A stretch of 64,000 nt of DNA from a virus: the IMG/VR virus record IMGVR_UViG_3300030106_006480, positions 10,143 to 74,142 of that record; one strand, 5' to 3'. Of this stretch, positions 34,753 to 44,636 are shown piece after piece. Made by a program: the position numbers and the translations under genes. The notes below the pieces were generated by a model. The model searched no databases. It worked only from the letters and a program-made list of their open reading frames with translations, and was not told the origin of the DNA. The stretch's first letter is position 1, and each line of letters starts with the position of its first letter.

Positions 34753-35251
34753 TATTGATATCCAGGTCTTTGAGCATTGGCTTGAAAGCCTGGATGAACC
34801 AACTAGAGAATCTTTTCTTTCTTTTGCTAAAGAAACTTTTTCTGCTATTCAGGCATATCTTTATTGCCGCTTCTTGGGATATGCAGGAAGTATTATTTGC
34901 GTAGAAAAATGGATAAAAGAAAACTATACGAAGCCTGATCATCTTAAAATTTTATTAGATGAAATTGAGGAAATGAAAGAAGACATTAGGAAGCTTAGAG
35001 AAGATATTGAAAACTTTGCGGTAAAACGTGATGTGGGGGTATCTAGAATTGCAGCAATGCAAAAGGAATTAAGAAGTACAATTGGTCAAGTGGATAGTTT
35101 CATGTCTTCTAAAGATAGAAAAGGATTACTAATGGCAGGAGCAGATCGTGCAATTAGAGAAATTACAAATATCTTTAAAGATGATCCAATTGAAGGACCT
35201 TTACAAGAAGCAGGAATGTCTGTATGGGCTAGAATGCAGTTTGAAGATTAA
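34622..35251 (+). CDS. Candidate terminase small subunit
   Basis: Helical/coiled-coil protein about 0.5 kb upstream of terL; start uncertain. Confidence 0.4.
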   Translation: MISVNYVNKIVGMKSEKQQPNKMLSESKTKPGTPSKQLKRTSSDIDIQVFEHWLESLDEPTRESFLSFAKETFSAIQAYLYCRFLGYAGSIICVEKWIKENYTKPDHLKILLDEIEEMKEDIRKLREDIENFAVKRDVGVSRIAAMQKELRSTIGQVDSFMSSKDRKGLLMAGADRAIREITNIFKDDPIEGPLQEAGMSVWARMQFED

Positions 35252-35256
35252 TTATC

Positions 35257-35448
35257 ATGAATTTAGATCCTTACCAGATGACATCGATGCTTGGACAATT
35301 AGGAGATAATAGGGAGTTTGATTTGCAATCTCTAAGCCAAGTGGCTAATCCAGATGCAGATCCAGCCATGTTTCAAGAACTGTTGAATCGTACATCACCT
35401 GATGTTGCCCCCATGGTTGAAGAAGAAATTGATGAGGATATGGAGTAA
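35257..35448 (+). CDS. Small acidic protein
   Basis: Coupled ORF. Confidence 0.5.
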   Translation: MNLDPYQMTSMLGQLGDNREFDLQSLSQVANPDADPAMFQELLNRTSPDVAPMVEEEIDEDME

Positions 35449-35690
35449 TGGCTAAGAAGAAAAAGATGCCGCCCGAAATGGTAGAGTATTTTAAAAATAA
35501 AAATAAAAAGAAAGAAGATGGTTCAGAAATGAACGATAAAGAAAAGCGTAAAGATGCAATTAAGAATACAGATAAAAAAGTAGCTCCTGAAAAAGATATT
35601 AAAAAGCAAAGTAAAGAAGATAAGCTAGCTCTTCTTGAAAAAGCACGTAAAGCCAAGAAAGCTGCAAAAACTTATAAAAATAAAAAATGA
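35448..35690 (+). CDS. Small basic protein
   Basis: MAKKKKMPPEMVEYFKNK; Lys-rich. Confidence 0.6.
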   Translation: MAKKKKMPPEMVEYFKNKNKKKEDGSEMNDKEKRKDAIKNTDKKVAPEKDIKKQSKEDKLALLEKARKAKKAAKTYKNKK

Positions 35691-35729
35691 GGATATCGAG
35701 TACTATCTATTTAGTATTAGAAGTATAAA

Positions 35730-37256
35730 GTGCCTTCACATCTTCATTTAGCTTATAGACGCAACGCTCAAGCCGCTGCAAAAAAACATCGGCTTAGAAA
35801 AAGCGGTAAAGAAGAGTTATTTGAAAGGGCAAGAGAAGATTTTGGGTTTTTCTGTGAATATGTTGCAGGCAAACCTCCTGCAGAACATCATAAGGAATGG
35901 CATCGTCAATTAGTAACAAATGAAGCTAGTTCGTGCTTATTGAAAATTGCTGGACCTAATGTTGATTTACTTGGTCCTAGGGGATCAGCCAAATCAACTG
36001 TGCTAGGTCTTTTTACTGCTTGGGCCATTGGTATTCATACTGCAGCCAAGAAGCCCTTACAGATTCTTTACTTGTCTTATACGGTTGATATTGCACGTTC
36101 AAAATCAGCAACAATTAAACGTATTATTGAATCAAAAAAATATCAACAAGTTTTTCCTACAGTAAAGCTACTTAAAAATGTAACGAGTAACGAGTACTGG
36201 TCTATTGACCATAAGTTTGCTGGTATTGATACAACAGGTGAAGAACAATTCACATTGTGTGCTGCTGGCTTAAAAGGTTCGGTTACTTCAAAGCGTTCTC
36301 AACTCGTTATTATTGATGACCCTATTAAGTCAGCTACAGATATCGCGAATCCAGATATTCGCAAAATGATGGAAGAAAATTGGAATGCAGTGATCGCTCC
36401 AACTATGTTTGAAGGGGGTAGAGCAATTTGTTTAGGCACTCGCTTTAGGCATGATGATATACATACGACAACGTTTTGTCCAAATAATAATTGGAATCAG
36501 ATTGTTTTATCTGCAATAAAGAATAATGAAGAAACGGGAGAAGAAGAATCATACTGGCCTTCCATGTGGTCACTTGATTACTTAAAAGAAAAGAAACGAC
36601 AGGCCCCTGTGGCGTTTAGTTTTCAATATATGAATCAAGTTTTAAGACAGAGTGAATTGTCTTTAGCTCCAGAGTTATTAGTCAAAGCTGAAATTGCAAC
36701 TGAATTTGACACCCTTGGTATAGGTGTTGACTTATCTGCAGGAACAAAAGAAAAAAATGACTATACCGTAATGGTTTTAGGTGGCCGTATAGGAGACAAA
36801 ATTCATATCATTGATTACAGGCGACTACGTGTAATGGGTAATTTAGAGAAGTTAGATGCAATGAAAGAATTAATGAATGATTGGTCAATCATAGGAAGAC
36901 AACAGGATGGTACTTATTTCCCAACGTATTCAACATGTGATGTTTGGTCTGAAGCTGTACAATATCAAGCTTCTTTAGAAGCAGACTTTAAACGAATATG
37001 TTTAAATCAAGAAGGGCTTTATAATTTAATTTGGCATCCTGTAAAAGGATTCCGTGCTGATAAGCTTGCACGCTTCAGAGGTATTATGGGAATGTTTGAA
37101 GACCGTAAAATAGTATTTAACAGGTACAGAAATTTCACTGCAATGTTTGAAGAGCTAACTAATTTTGGAGTTAGTAGCCATGATGACTGCGTAGATGCTT
37201 TAGTTTGGCTTGTTAATGGTCTTAGTCGCAAAGGCAAACTTCAAGTTGATTACTAA
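35730..37256 (+). CDS. terL: Terminase large subunit
   Basis: Walker A GPRGSAKST, Walker B IIDDP, GTR coupling motif, nuclease GVDLS...DYT...HDDCVDA. Confidence 0.95.
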   Translation: MPSHLHLAYRRNAQAAAKKHRLRKSGKEELFERAREDFGFFCEYVAGKPPAEHHKEWHRQLVTNEASSCLLKIAGPNVDLLGPRGSAKSTVLGLFTAWAIGIHTAAKKPLQILYLSYTVDIARSKSATIKRIIESKKYQQVFPTVKLLKNVTSNEYWSIDHKFAGIDTTGEEQFTLCAAGLKGSVTSKRSQLVIIDDPIKSATDIANPDIRKMMEENWNAVIAPTMFEGGRAICLGTRFRHDDIHTTTFCPNNNWNQIVLSAIKNNEETGEEESYWPSMWSLDYLKEKKRQAPVAFSFQYMNQVLRQSELSLAPELLVKAEIATEFDTLGIGVDLSAGTKEKNDYTVMVLGGRIGDKIHIIDYRRLRVMGNLEKLDAMKELMNDWSIIGRQQDGTYFPTYSTCDVWSEAVQYQASLEADFKRICLNQEGLYNLIWHPVKGFRADKLARFRGIMGMFEDRKIVFNRYRNFTAMFEELTNFGVSSHDDCVDALVWLVNGLSRKGKLQVDY

Positions 37257-37480
37257 TGGAACATCTTTTAGGTGCAACAATTGCAGCAATTTCTGGCGGT
37301 GGCTGGTTTATCAGTAAAGTATTTGGGAGGATGCGAGTTTTGGAAGATCGTATTGATCGTATGCCTCTTGAGTATGTTTTAAAACAAGATTACATACGTG
37401 AAATGGAAAAGATGAATAGTGAATTTAGCGAAATCAATAATAAGCTTGATAAACTTGTGGAAAGATTACTTTCCAAATGA
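37256..37480 (+). CDS. Small TM plus coiled-coil protein (holin-like)
   Basis: N-terminal hydrophobic stretch; EYVLKQDY...KLDKL. Confidence 0.5.
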   Translation: MEHLLGATIAAISGGGWFISKVFGRMRVLEDRIDRMPLEYVLKQDYIREMEKMNSEFSEINNKLDKLVERLLSK

Positions 37481-37656
37481 GCTACTACATAGAAGTACAA
37501 GAAACTGAAAACGGAGATCTTTTTATTGAGCTTCCAGAAGAAATCATTGAAACCTTGGGATGGGAAGATGAAGACTTATTAACTTGGGACCTAAAGGGAA
37601 GTGGTTTTATTGTGAAGAAATTAAATGATGATTCAGGTTATGAGCAAGTAGAATAA
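37477..37656 (+). CDS. AbrB/MazE-like DNA-binding protein (59 aa, absent from ORF track)
   Basis: GDLFIELPEEIIETLGWEDEDLLTW. Confidence 0.7.
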   Translation: MSYYIEVQETENGDLFIELPEEIIETLGWEDEDLLTWDLKGSGFIVKKLNDDSGYEQVE

Positions 37657-37691
37657 TTAAAAAGTTTTAAATAAGTTAAATACAAGGTCTA

Positions 37692-37979
37692 ATGGCACAA
37701 GACGACTCAAAATATACAAAGCCAGGTCTACGCGAATCAATTAAAAAGCGTATTACAGCTGGTAGTAAAGGTGGCAAACCTGGTCAGTGGTCTGCGCGTA
37801 AAGCACAGATGGTCGCTGCTGAATACAAAAAGAAAGGCGGTGGCTATAAAGGTGGCGAAGGCAAGAAACAAAAAGATCTTAAGAAGTGGGGTAAAGAAGA
37901 TTGGCAAACTAAAGATCAATATGAAAAAGGCAAGAAAGCAGCTAGTGCTGCTAAAAAACACAAGGAGAAAAAATCATGA
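37692..37979 (+). CDS. DUF5872-like protein, N-terminal half
   Basis: YTKPGLRE...GGKPGQWSARKAQ...YKKKGGGY...LKKWGKEDWQTK. Confidence 0.7.
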   Translation: MAQDDSKYTKPGLRESIKKRITAGSKGGKPGQWSARKAQMVAAEYKKKGGGYKGGEGKKQKDLKKWGKEDWQTKDQYEKGKKAASAAKKHKEKKS

Positions 37980-38098
37980 AACACGCAAAAAAAGATTTAA
38001 AAAAGATTTCAAAACAACTAAAAGGCAGCGCAAAAACACACGCTGGGCAAGCTAAAAAACTTGACAAGCTTGCTGGTAAGTATATGGAGAAAAAGTAA
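37976..38098 (+). CDS. Small basic protein (40 aa, absent from ORF track)
   Basis: MKHAKKDLKKISKQLKGSAKTHAGQAKKLDKLAGKYMEKK; GGAG upstream. Confidence 0.6.
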   Translation: MKHAKKDLKKISKQLKGSAKTHAGQAKKLDKLAGKYMEKK

Positions 38099-38278
38099 TG
38101 GGATATACAGCTATTATTCTTGCTTGGATGATGTCTTGTTCTCAGTATCATGCAGCAGTAAATCGTTTATATTCTGATCCTTATTTTCAGAAACCTCAAT
38201 ACCATCAAGAACGCAAACAAATTCATGAGTTTTTCAAGACAAAAACTTGGCCTGAGTGCTTAGAGATGGAGACTTAAT

Positions 38279-39004
38279 ATGCCTTTATTTAATATTGCTG
38301 GTAAATATGCAGATGCTCTTGGAAGCGGTATTCAATCCGCAGTAGCAGAAGGCTTTAATATGTTGCCAGACAGAATAAATTTATTTGGGCGTTATCTTAC
38401 AGGAGTCGGTAATAAAAACTTAAAGTTAGATCCATCAACTGAAAGAGCTTTACTTCAGGCAACCGAAAAACCTCCGACGGCCATGAGAATGGTGCCTACA
38501 TTTCCTGATGAAAAAACTGCTTTTATGGGAGACTTTTCAAAAATGACAATGGCACCTAAACCTTTTCCTGCAGCTGGACCCGGTATTCCAACCTCAGGTC
38601 CAGTATATCCATATGCAGGAGGGGATCAGGTAGCTTCTCAAACCCTTGGCAGTTTTAATGCTGAAGTTACACCTACTGCTGTACGAGTAAGAGACACTTA
38701 TGACATGGAGAATAGATCAGAAGATCCTGATTTAGTTAGCGGTCGATTCCAACCAGGTAAAGCATATAAAACTTTAAGAGGAGCTTTTGACCCAACAAAA
38801 ATTTATAATCCAAAAATTGATAAACTTTCAGACATTAGTCACAGGTTAACGCCAGAACAAAAACAGTTTGATAACTATATAAATGTAGTAGGCAAAAGCA
38901 CAACTTTTAGCCCTATGACAGATGTAGGTAGAGCTGTTATGTATGCATTGCCTATTAAGTTCAAACCTTATGAAATTGACTACACAATTCAACGGCCGCA
39001 ATAA
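38279..39004 (+). CDS. Hypothetical late protein
   Basis: TLGSF...VRDTYD motif. Confidence 0.6.
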   Translation: MPLFNIAGKYADALGSGIQSAVAEGFNMLPDRINLFGRYLTGVGNKNLKLDPSTERALLQATEKPPTAMRMVPTFPDEKTAFMGDFSKMTMAPKPFPAAGPGIPTSGPVYPYAGGDQVASQTLGSFNAEVTPTAVRVRDTYDMENRSEDPDLVSGRFQPGKAYKTLRGAFDPTKIYNPKIDKLSDISHRLTPEQKQFDNYINVVGKSTTFSPMTDVGRAVMYALPIKFKPYEIDYTIQRPQ

Positions 39005-39006
39005 TC

Positions 39007-39216
39007 ATGACAGATAAAGCAATTCAATCTGACGGTACGACCAAGCGTTACCTTCCCAAAAAAGCCTGGGCCAAACTTTCTAAAAAAGAAAGGGAAGATA
39101 CTGATCGCAAAAAACGAGAAGGTTCTCGTCAAGGAAAACAGTTTGTAGCTAACACAGAGAAAGCTAAGAAAGCAGGAAAGGCTGCTAGGATGTATAAACA
39201 AAAGGGTCGTAAATAG
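39007..39216 (+). CDS. DUF5872-like protein, C-terminal half
   Basis: DGTTKRYLPKKAWAKLS...KKREGSRQGKQFVANT. Confidence 0.65.
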   Translation: MTDKAIQSDGTTKRYLPKKAWAKLSKKEREDTDRKKREGSRQGKQFVANTEKAKKAGKAARMYKQKGRK

Positions 39217-39219
39217 TAA

Positions 39220-41544
39220 ATGTCCACCTCAAAGGCTAGGCTTAAAGAAATTATTGACGCCTACATCGATCGCGATGGTGATGCCGGTATAGATACCGGT
39301 ATTGTTGCTGGTCATTTATCACAAATGAAACTTTTTGGTATCCGCCAAGGGGTTGAATTCTTTCCTGCACAAGATAACTTTGGTGCTCAACGCAAAGACT
39401 TTATCGATAAAGTTGTCAAATATAATCGTTTAGATACACGCCTTGATTCCATTTGGGATTATTTTATTTGTGATGGAAAAGGCCTATATTATATTCGGCC
39501 CACAAAAACAAACTACCGTTTATATTTCTTTCGCGCTCATGAGTACCGGAGCTATTACAACGTAGATGGTGAGCTTGAACAGGTTGTCATTATCTATAGT
39601 TACAAAGTTAAAGCACCTAGTCAGGGAATGTATCAAGGTGTCAATTTTAACGAAGTAGGTTTGAACCCCAATGAAAGTCAAGGGAAGAAAAAGTATATCC
39701 GACTTTCAATTAAAAAAGATGAGATTGAAGAGACACATTCAGATGCAGAAATGTCGTTCGATCTCCCCAAAGGACAATCTCCAGGGAAAACAACTAAGTT
39801 TGAAAATAGTATGGGATTTATTCCATGCGTAGAAATTATCAATAACGCAAAAGGTTTCTCCATGGACGGTAATGGAGATTTTGATGCATTAGCTGATCAT
39901 ATTGTCACCCATGACGATATGGTAAAAAATATTAGAAAAAACTTACAGTTCTTTGGTAACCCTACTTTATTATCTTCTAGGCCAAAAACTGATTTATTAG
40001 ATGTTGGCGGAGATGGCGGAGCACAACGCCCTTCTATTGCAGCTAACTCAGGCTTTGGCAGTCCAATGCCAATGAGTCGATCAACTTTCAAACAAGATCC
40101 GATTCAACGTGGAGTCGATGGTCAGCTCCGTGTACCAAGGGTTATTGCGAATTTAGAGCCAAACGATCGTGTTGGTTATATCGTTCCTGATGCTGTTAGT
40201 GGTGATCAAAACTCTATTGTCCGTCAATACCAAGAAGAAATCCGCCTTGCACTTGGTGGTGTAGATGATTCTTCTATTAGTGCTAGTGCAACTGCTACAG
40301 AGTACAAATCAATTTTTGGTCGAGTAGCAGCAACTTCGCAAAAAAAAGCTAATTCTATTTACACTCATGGACTCTGCCGTTGTTTTGAACTAATTATATT
40401 TCAAGAAGAACAGATGTTTAAAGACTCTTTGGCAGCTGCTGCCAAGATAGAAAAACCTTTACCTTTAAAAACAGGTGCATCTGATGAAGAAATAATTTCT
40501 TATAAACAAGCAGAACAGGTCTATGAACAGCAGCTAAAACAGATTATGATGGCGTGTGTTAAAGCACAAATGATTCCCCCTGGTGTCAAAGGACTGATAC
40601 CAGATGGAGACATTTCAATGCTTTGGCGCTGGATGGGGCCTGTCTATCAAGACACTACTCAAGATATTTTGAACAACTCTATTGTTGTACGAAATCTTCA
40701 AGAGTTAGGAGTTGATAGCATAGAAGCACTGAAATATCTTTTTCCATCTAAAACTGATGAGGAAAGAGCGGAAATGCTTTCGGGCTTCCCATTCAGGATG
40801 GTGAATGAGTTACAGGGAGCTTACTCTCAGTTTTCTCGTTTAATTGGGGGGATGATGCAGACTCCCCACCCTCAGTCACCGGATTTACCGATGGCTGCTG
40901 ATCCCAGACTGGATTTAACTCCATATCTGTATCGAACTTTAGAAGCATTACAAAAGGAGATGAGTTATGCAGGACGCTACCGTCCAATCGACCCCACAGA
41001 TGAGCCAAGCACCAGCGGTAGCTCCCAGCAGCTACGTGGCAGCTCCAGCTCAACAAGCACCGGCTCAACAGAGTCCAGTGGGGACGTATTACCCTCAAGC
41101 AGTGCCGAACGTGGCACCACAGGGGACTACCAGTTACCAATCAAGCCCTACTCAGTCCGTCCCCCAATCCCAACCGGCGGGGGATCAGAACAGCCCATGG
41201 GAGTCGGCATTCAATCGAGTAGTGGGTCTTCTGGGCAGCCCGGTTCAATCCCCGTTCCAGGGTCAACCATCACAGGCCCCGGCGCAGACACCGGTTCAGT
41301 ATTCCCCGGCCAATTACGGTCAGGCATCAAGCCAGACTATGCCCGCATCGGCTCCGCAGACCTCATATCCCAGCCAGGGTTACTCGGACAACTCTTCCCA
41401 AACTTACTCGGTCAGCTCGTTAGCGGACGTGGCGGACCTGGTGGGGTGGAGCCCGGAAAGCCGGATGGTGATCGAAAACTACGGGACAGAAGCTCCGGCG
41501 ATTCTAAACCAGTACGCTCTAAACCTGGAAAGCGTCGTAGATAG
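39220..41544 (+). CDS. Portal protein with long disordered C-terminal extension
   Basis: Lies between terL and scaffold/capsid; MGFIPCVEI.N...GDF...L motif typical of SPP1-like portals. Confidence 0.75.
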   Translation: MSTSKARLKEIIDAYIDRDGDAGIDTGIVAGHLSQMKLFGIRQGVEFFPAQDNFGAQRKDFIDKVVKYNRLDTRLDSIWDYFICDGKGLYYIRPTKTNYRLYFFRAHEYRSYYNVDGELEQVVIIYSYKVKAPSQGMYQGVNFNEVGLNPNESQGKKKYIRLSIKKDEIEETHSDAEMSFDLPKGQSPGKTTKFENSMGFIPCVEIINNAKGFSMDGNGDFDALADHIVTHDDMVKNIRKNLQFFGNPTLLSSRPKTDLLDVGGDGGAQRPSIAANSGFGSPMPMSRSTFKQDPIQRGVDGQLRVPRVIANLEPNDRVGYIVPDAVSGDQNSIVRQYQEEIRLALGGVDDSSISASATATEYKSIFGRVAATSQKKANSIYTHGLCRCFELIIFQEEQMFKDSLAAAAKIEKPLPLKTGASDEEIISYKQAEQVYEQQLKQIMMACVKAQMIPPGVKGLIPDGDISMLWRWMGPVYQDTTQDILNNSIVVRNLQELGVDSIEALKYLFPSKTDEERAEMLSGFPFRMVNELQGAYSQFSRLIGGMMQTPHPQSPDLPMAADPRLDLTPYLYRTLEALQKEMSYAGRYRPIDPTDEPSTSGSSQQLRGSSSSTSTGSTESSGDVLPSSSAERGTTGDYQLPIKPYSVRPPIPTGGGSEQPMGVGIQSSSGSSGQPGSIPVPGSTITGPGADTGSVFPGQLRSGIKPDYARIGSADLISQPGLLGQLFPNLLGQLVSGRGGPGGVEPGKPDGDRKLRDRSSGDSKPVRSKPGKRRR

Positions 41545-41947
41545 TGCTGTTGCTTGGGCTGACAGTGCATTAGAGACTCTGCAAGGTTATGCAGAATTTG
41601 CTGTTAATGAGCACCAAGAGAATCTCACTTATAACGAGATGCTCACCAACCCCGACATTCTGTCTGATTACACACTGGAATTCTTTGGTCCTAATGGTCC
41701 TTATCCTGTGTATGAAAATGAGCAGCAATTAGAAACAGTTGGACATCCGACTGCACCTGCTCAACAGACTGGCTATCAGAATATTCCTGGTATGCCTGCT
41801 CCTCCTGCAGCGGCTGCTCCTGAGCAACCTGCAGATTTCTGGGGTTCCTTTAAGGCACAAATGGATCGTGATCCCAGCCAAGCTTGGCGTCTTGTGAACC
41901 AAGCCTCACCTCAAGCGATGGCTAATAAGCTCTTCGTTATGGAGTGA
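40967..41947 (+). CDS. Capsid scaffolding protein (candidate)
   Basis: Q/P/S-rich N-terminus, GGAG Shine-Dalgarno at about 40956, upstream of the capsid gene. Confidence 0.6.
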   Translation: MQDATVQSTPQMSQAPAVAPSSYVAAPAQQAPAQQSPVGTYYPQAVPNVAPQGTTSYQSSPTQSVPQSQPAGDQNSPWESAFNRVVGLLGSPVQSPFQGQPSQAPAQTPVQYSPANYGQASSQTMPASAPQTSYPSQGYSDNSSQTYSVSSLADVADLVGWSPESRMVIENYGTEAPAILNQYALNLESVVDSAVAWADSALETLQGYAEFAVNEHQENLTYNEMLTNPDILSDYTLEFFGPNGPYPVYENEQQLETVGHPTAPAQQTGYQNIPGMPAPPAAAAPEQPADFWGSFKAQMDRDPSQAWRLVNQASPQAMANKLFVME

Positions 41948-41950
41948 TAA

Positions 41951-42493
41951 ATGAATGCACAATTTCTTAGGTATGCAATACCGGCTGCTCTTGGCGCAGG
42001 AGCTGGTTTAACCAAAGGATACCAAGAAGGCGGTGTGGGTGGTGCCCTAGGTGGTGCCGCCCTTGGCGCTGGATTGGGTGCTGCAGGTATGGGTTTAGCT
42101 CGTGCAAGTTTTAGTCAATCAGGTCCTTTAGCTGGAAAGTTTGTGGGATTGATTGATGATGCAGGTAGCATGGTAGGTAAAGGTGCAAGAAAAGCATCTG
42201 AAGCTTTGAATAAAGCTGGTGCAGGAAATGCAGCATCCTTAGCAGATGATTTAGCAAATCTTGTAACACCACAATACGGATCTCGCACTGCAGGTGAAGC
42301 TTTGCAACGACAAAGGCAAATCACTAATGTTGGTTCAACAGCTCTTGGTTCCCTTGGAGCTTTAGGAGGTGCTGGACTAACTAAAGGAATTATTGGAGCA
42401 ATGAATCCTGCGATTGATCCAGAAATACCTGGTTCAAGTAACACCCAAGGTGCTCGTATGAGTATGCAAGCTTATCCCGGTATGTATGCCTAA
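41951..42493 (+). CDS. Gly/Ala-rich virion protein
   Basis: Glycine zippers. Confidence 0.55.
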   Translation: MNAQFLRYAIPAALGAGAGLTKGYQEGGVGGALGGAALGAGLGAAGMGLARASFSQSGPLAGKFVGLIDDAGSMVGKGARKASEALNKAGAGNAASLADDLANLVTPQYGSRTAGEALQRQRQITNVGSTALGSLGALGGAGLTKGIIGAMNPAIDPEIPGSSNTQGARMSMQAYPGMYA

Positions 42494-42587
42494 ATTACAG
42501 ACTGCTAAAATTTTTGATAGTAGGACAGTTTTTGTCTGAATCGTCACCTTTAAAAAAACATCCCGAGACACTGGAGGATAACAACAA

Positions 42588-43751
42588 GTGTTTTTAGATA
42601 CCGACTTTCCAAAAATTCTGGGTGCGGAACTGTATCGTCCCCACCCTGCTTATGTGTGCGAAATGGCCGTTGAGCCTGTAGTTGTTCACGACTTCACCTC
42701 TCAACCTGGCCAAACCGTACAGCTTGATCGTTATAAGTTCTGGGGAACCCCAGGTACTAAGGACAGCCGTGAGCGCGTGGCTGACCAAACGATTGGTACT
42801 GCTAATAGCCGTAACATCACCAAAGAGAAGGTGTTGGTTGTGCTTAAAGAGTACACCGGTCCTGCGGATCCGGGTGACCCTACTCAGCCTTCAACCTTTA
42901 AGATTGCCCGTGAAACTCTGATCACTGCTCAGCGTCTGCTTCTTGATACAGGCAACCTGAACATGTTCCACCAGAGCATTGGTTCTCTGACCCTGTTGGA
43001 TGACTACCGCCGTTGGCGTGATCGCGTCTTCATTGACGAACTTTCTAAAGCTGAAGCAAATGGTGCTGCTTCAACTTCTCAAGGTGGTTATTTCTTTGCT
43101 GGCAGCAAAACCAAAGATGCTTCCGGTCGTATTTCTTATACCGCTGCTGAGTATGGTGATCAAATTCAACAGTTCTCTGTTCGCACTGACCTGCTGAATG
43201 TTGTGAAGGACATGCGTAAGCGCAACGTCCCCACTTTTGCTGATGGTTTGTATCGCTGTATCTGCGATCCCACCTTCATGCTGCACCTGCGTCGTGACTC
43301 CGACTTCCGTGAGATTGCACGTTACAGCGGCAATCCTGGTCAGGGCATGTACATGGGTAACCCCATGATGCCTAACAACTCCAGCTTCTTCATGGGTCCC
43401 CAAGCTGGTCAGGGTTATTTCCTGGCTGGTGAGCCTGTGATGCCTACTGGTGTGCAATTTGAAGGCGTTAAGTTCTTCGAGTCAACCAACTTCCCGAGCA
43501 AGAATATCACTACCTCTTTCGATGCTGGTTCAACCTATGCTTCTAAGGAAGTCGCTCAAGGCTTCTTCTTCGGTCCTCAGTCAATCGGTGTTGGCATCGG
43601 TGGCCCGAATGCTCAAGTCCTGATTAACAATAATGATGACTTCTCACGCTTCATTATTCTTATCTGGCAACTGTATGCTGGTTTTGAGATTCTGAATAAG
43701 GACTTCGTGACCACTGCCTTTAGCTACGTCCAAGACGACGGTAGTGTTTGA
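42588..43751 (+). CDS. Major capsid protein
   Basis: 387 aa, strong GGAGGA SD, strongly biased codons, PGQTVQLDRY and G.FEGVKFFES HK97-fold (N4-gp56-like) pattern. Confidence 0.85.
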   Translation: MFLDTDFPKILGAELYRPHPAYVCEMAVEPVVVHDFTSQPGQTVQLDRYKFWGTPGTKDSRERVADQTIGTANSRNITKEKVLVVLKEYTGPADPGDPTQPSTFKIARETLITAQRLLLDTGNLNMFHQSIGSLTLLDDYRRWRDRVFIDELSKAEANGAASTSQGGYFFAGSKTKDASGRISYTAAEYGDQIQQFSVRTDLLNVVKDMRKRNVPTFADGLYRCICDPTFMLHLRRDSDFREIARYSGNPGQGMYMGNPMMPNNSSFFMGPQAGQGYFLAGEPVMPTGVQFEGVKFFESTNFPSKNITTSFDAGSTYASKEVAQGFFFGPQSIGVGIGGPNAQVLINNNDDFSRFIILIWQLYAGFEILNKDFVTTAFSYVQDDGSV

Positions 43752-43790
43752 TAAGTATCAATAGTAAACATTAACAAATTGGAGCTATAA

Positions 43791-44594
43791 ATGTCCTATC
43801 TTTCGACTAAGAAAATCTTTCCAGGTAACTGGAATGAGCCTCTGAATGGTTGGTACAAAAATATTGATACCAACGACAGCGGCACTAACGATGCTTCCAA
43901 GGCTGGCCCGACTTCTGTTCTGGCCGTCCCTGGTTATCGTTATTTCCAGCAGCGTGGTTATGCCAAAGTTACCGTCACTTCTGGTGATGGTGGTGCTGCT
44001 TCTCTTGATGTGATCGTTCCTTCTCCTTATCGGAATGATGACACTCGGACCGATATCACCGGCATGGTGATTTCTGGTTCTGCAACTTTACCTGCTTACG
44101 GTTACCGTGCCACGGTTTCTGTTGCTTCCGGTTGGGGTGATGGTCGTGTTGCTTCTGGTGTGTATAACGCCACTGGTAATGTGATTTCATTCGGTCGTGA
44201 CAATAGCGGCAGCCCTGTTTCCGCTGGCGGCGTAGGAGAAGGTGTGGTTCAAGCCAACCTTGCTTCTACCGTTTCTGGTTCACAAGCTGGTGAAATCTAC
44301 TATGCAGGTGGTTCTGCTGCTTACAGTACTGTGCCCTTCTTAACAGCCACTGGAGCTGCTGGTGTTACTGCTGCCAAGGTTTACAAAGAACTGACTGCTG
44401 CAACCACCTTTAAGGTGTACTCCAAGGCTTCTGGCAACGCTACTTCCACTGCTGGTGGTGTCTACATCTCTAGCGATGACAAGTCTGCCAACCGCTTTGG
44501 TTATATCGTTGTTGAAATCAGCTATGTCCAACCTGATGACGCTGCTGGTTATGAAGACATCGAGCAATACCTTGACAATCGTATTGTCAGCTGA
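43791..44594 (+). CDS. Abundant structural protein (capsid decoration or tail subunit)
   Basis: Same codon bias as the capsid gene; G/S/T/A-rich beta protein. Confidence 0.6.
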   Translation: MSYLSTKKIFPGNWNEPLNGWYKNIDTNDSGTNDASKAGPTSVLAVPGYRYFQQRGYAKVTVTSGDGGAASLDVIVPSPYRNDDTRTDITGMVISGSATLPAYGYRATVSVASGWGDGRVASGVYNATGNVISFGRDNSGSPVSAGGVGEGVVQANLASTVSGSQAGEIYYAGGSAAYSTVPFLTATGAAGVTAAKVYKELTAATTFKVYSKASGNATSTAGGVYISSDDKSANRFGYIVVEISYVQPDDAAGYEDIEQYLDNRIVS

Positions 44595-44636
44595 TAGGTA
44601 TTAAGTTAAACTAGGACCAGATTAATTCTGGTCCTA

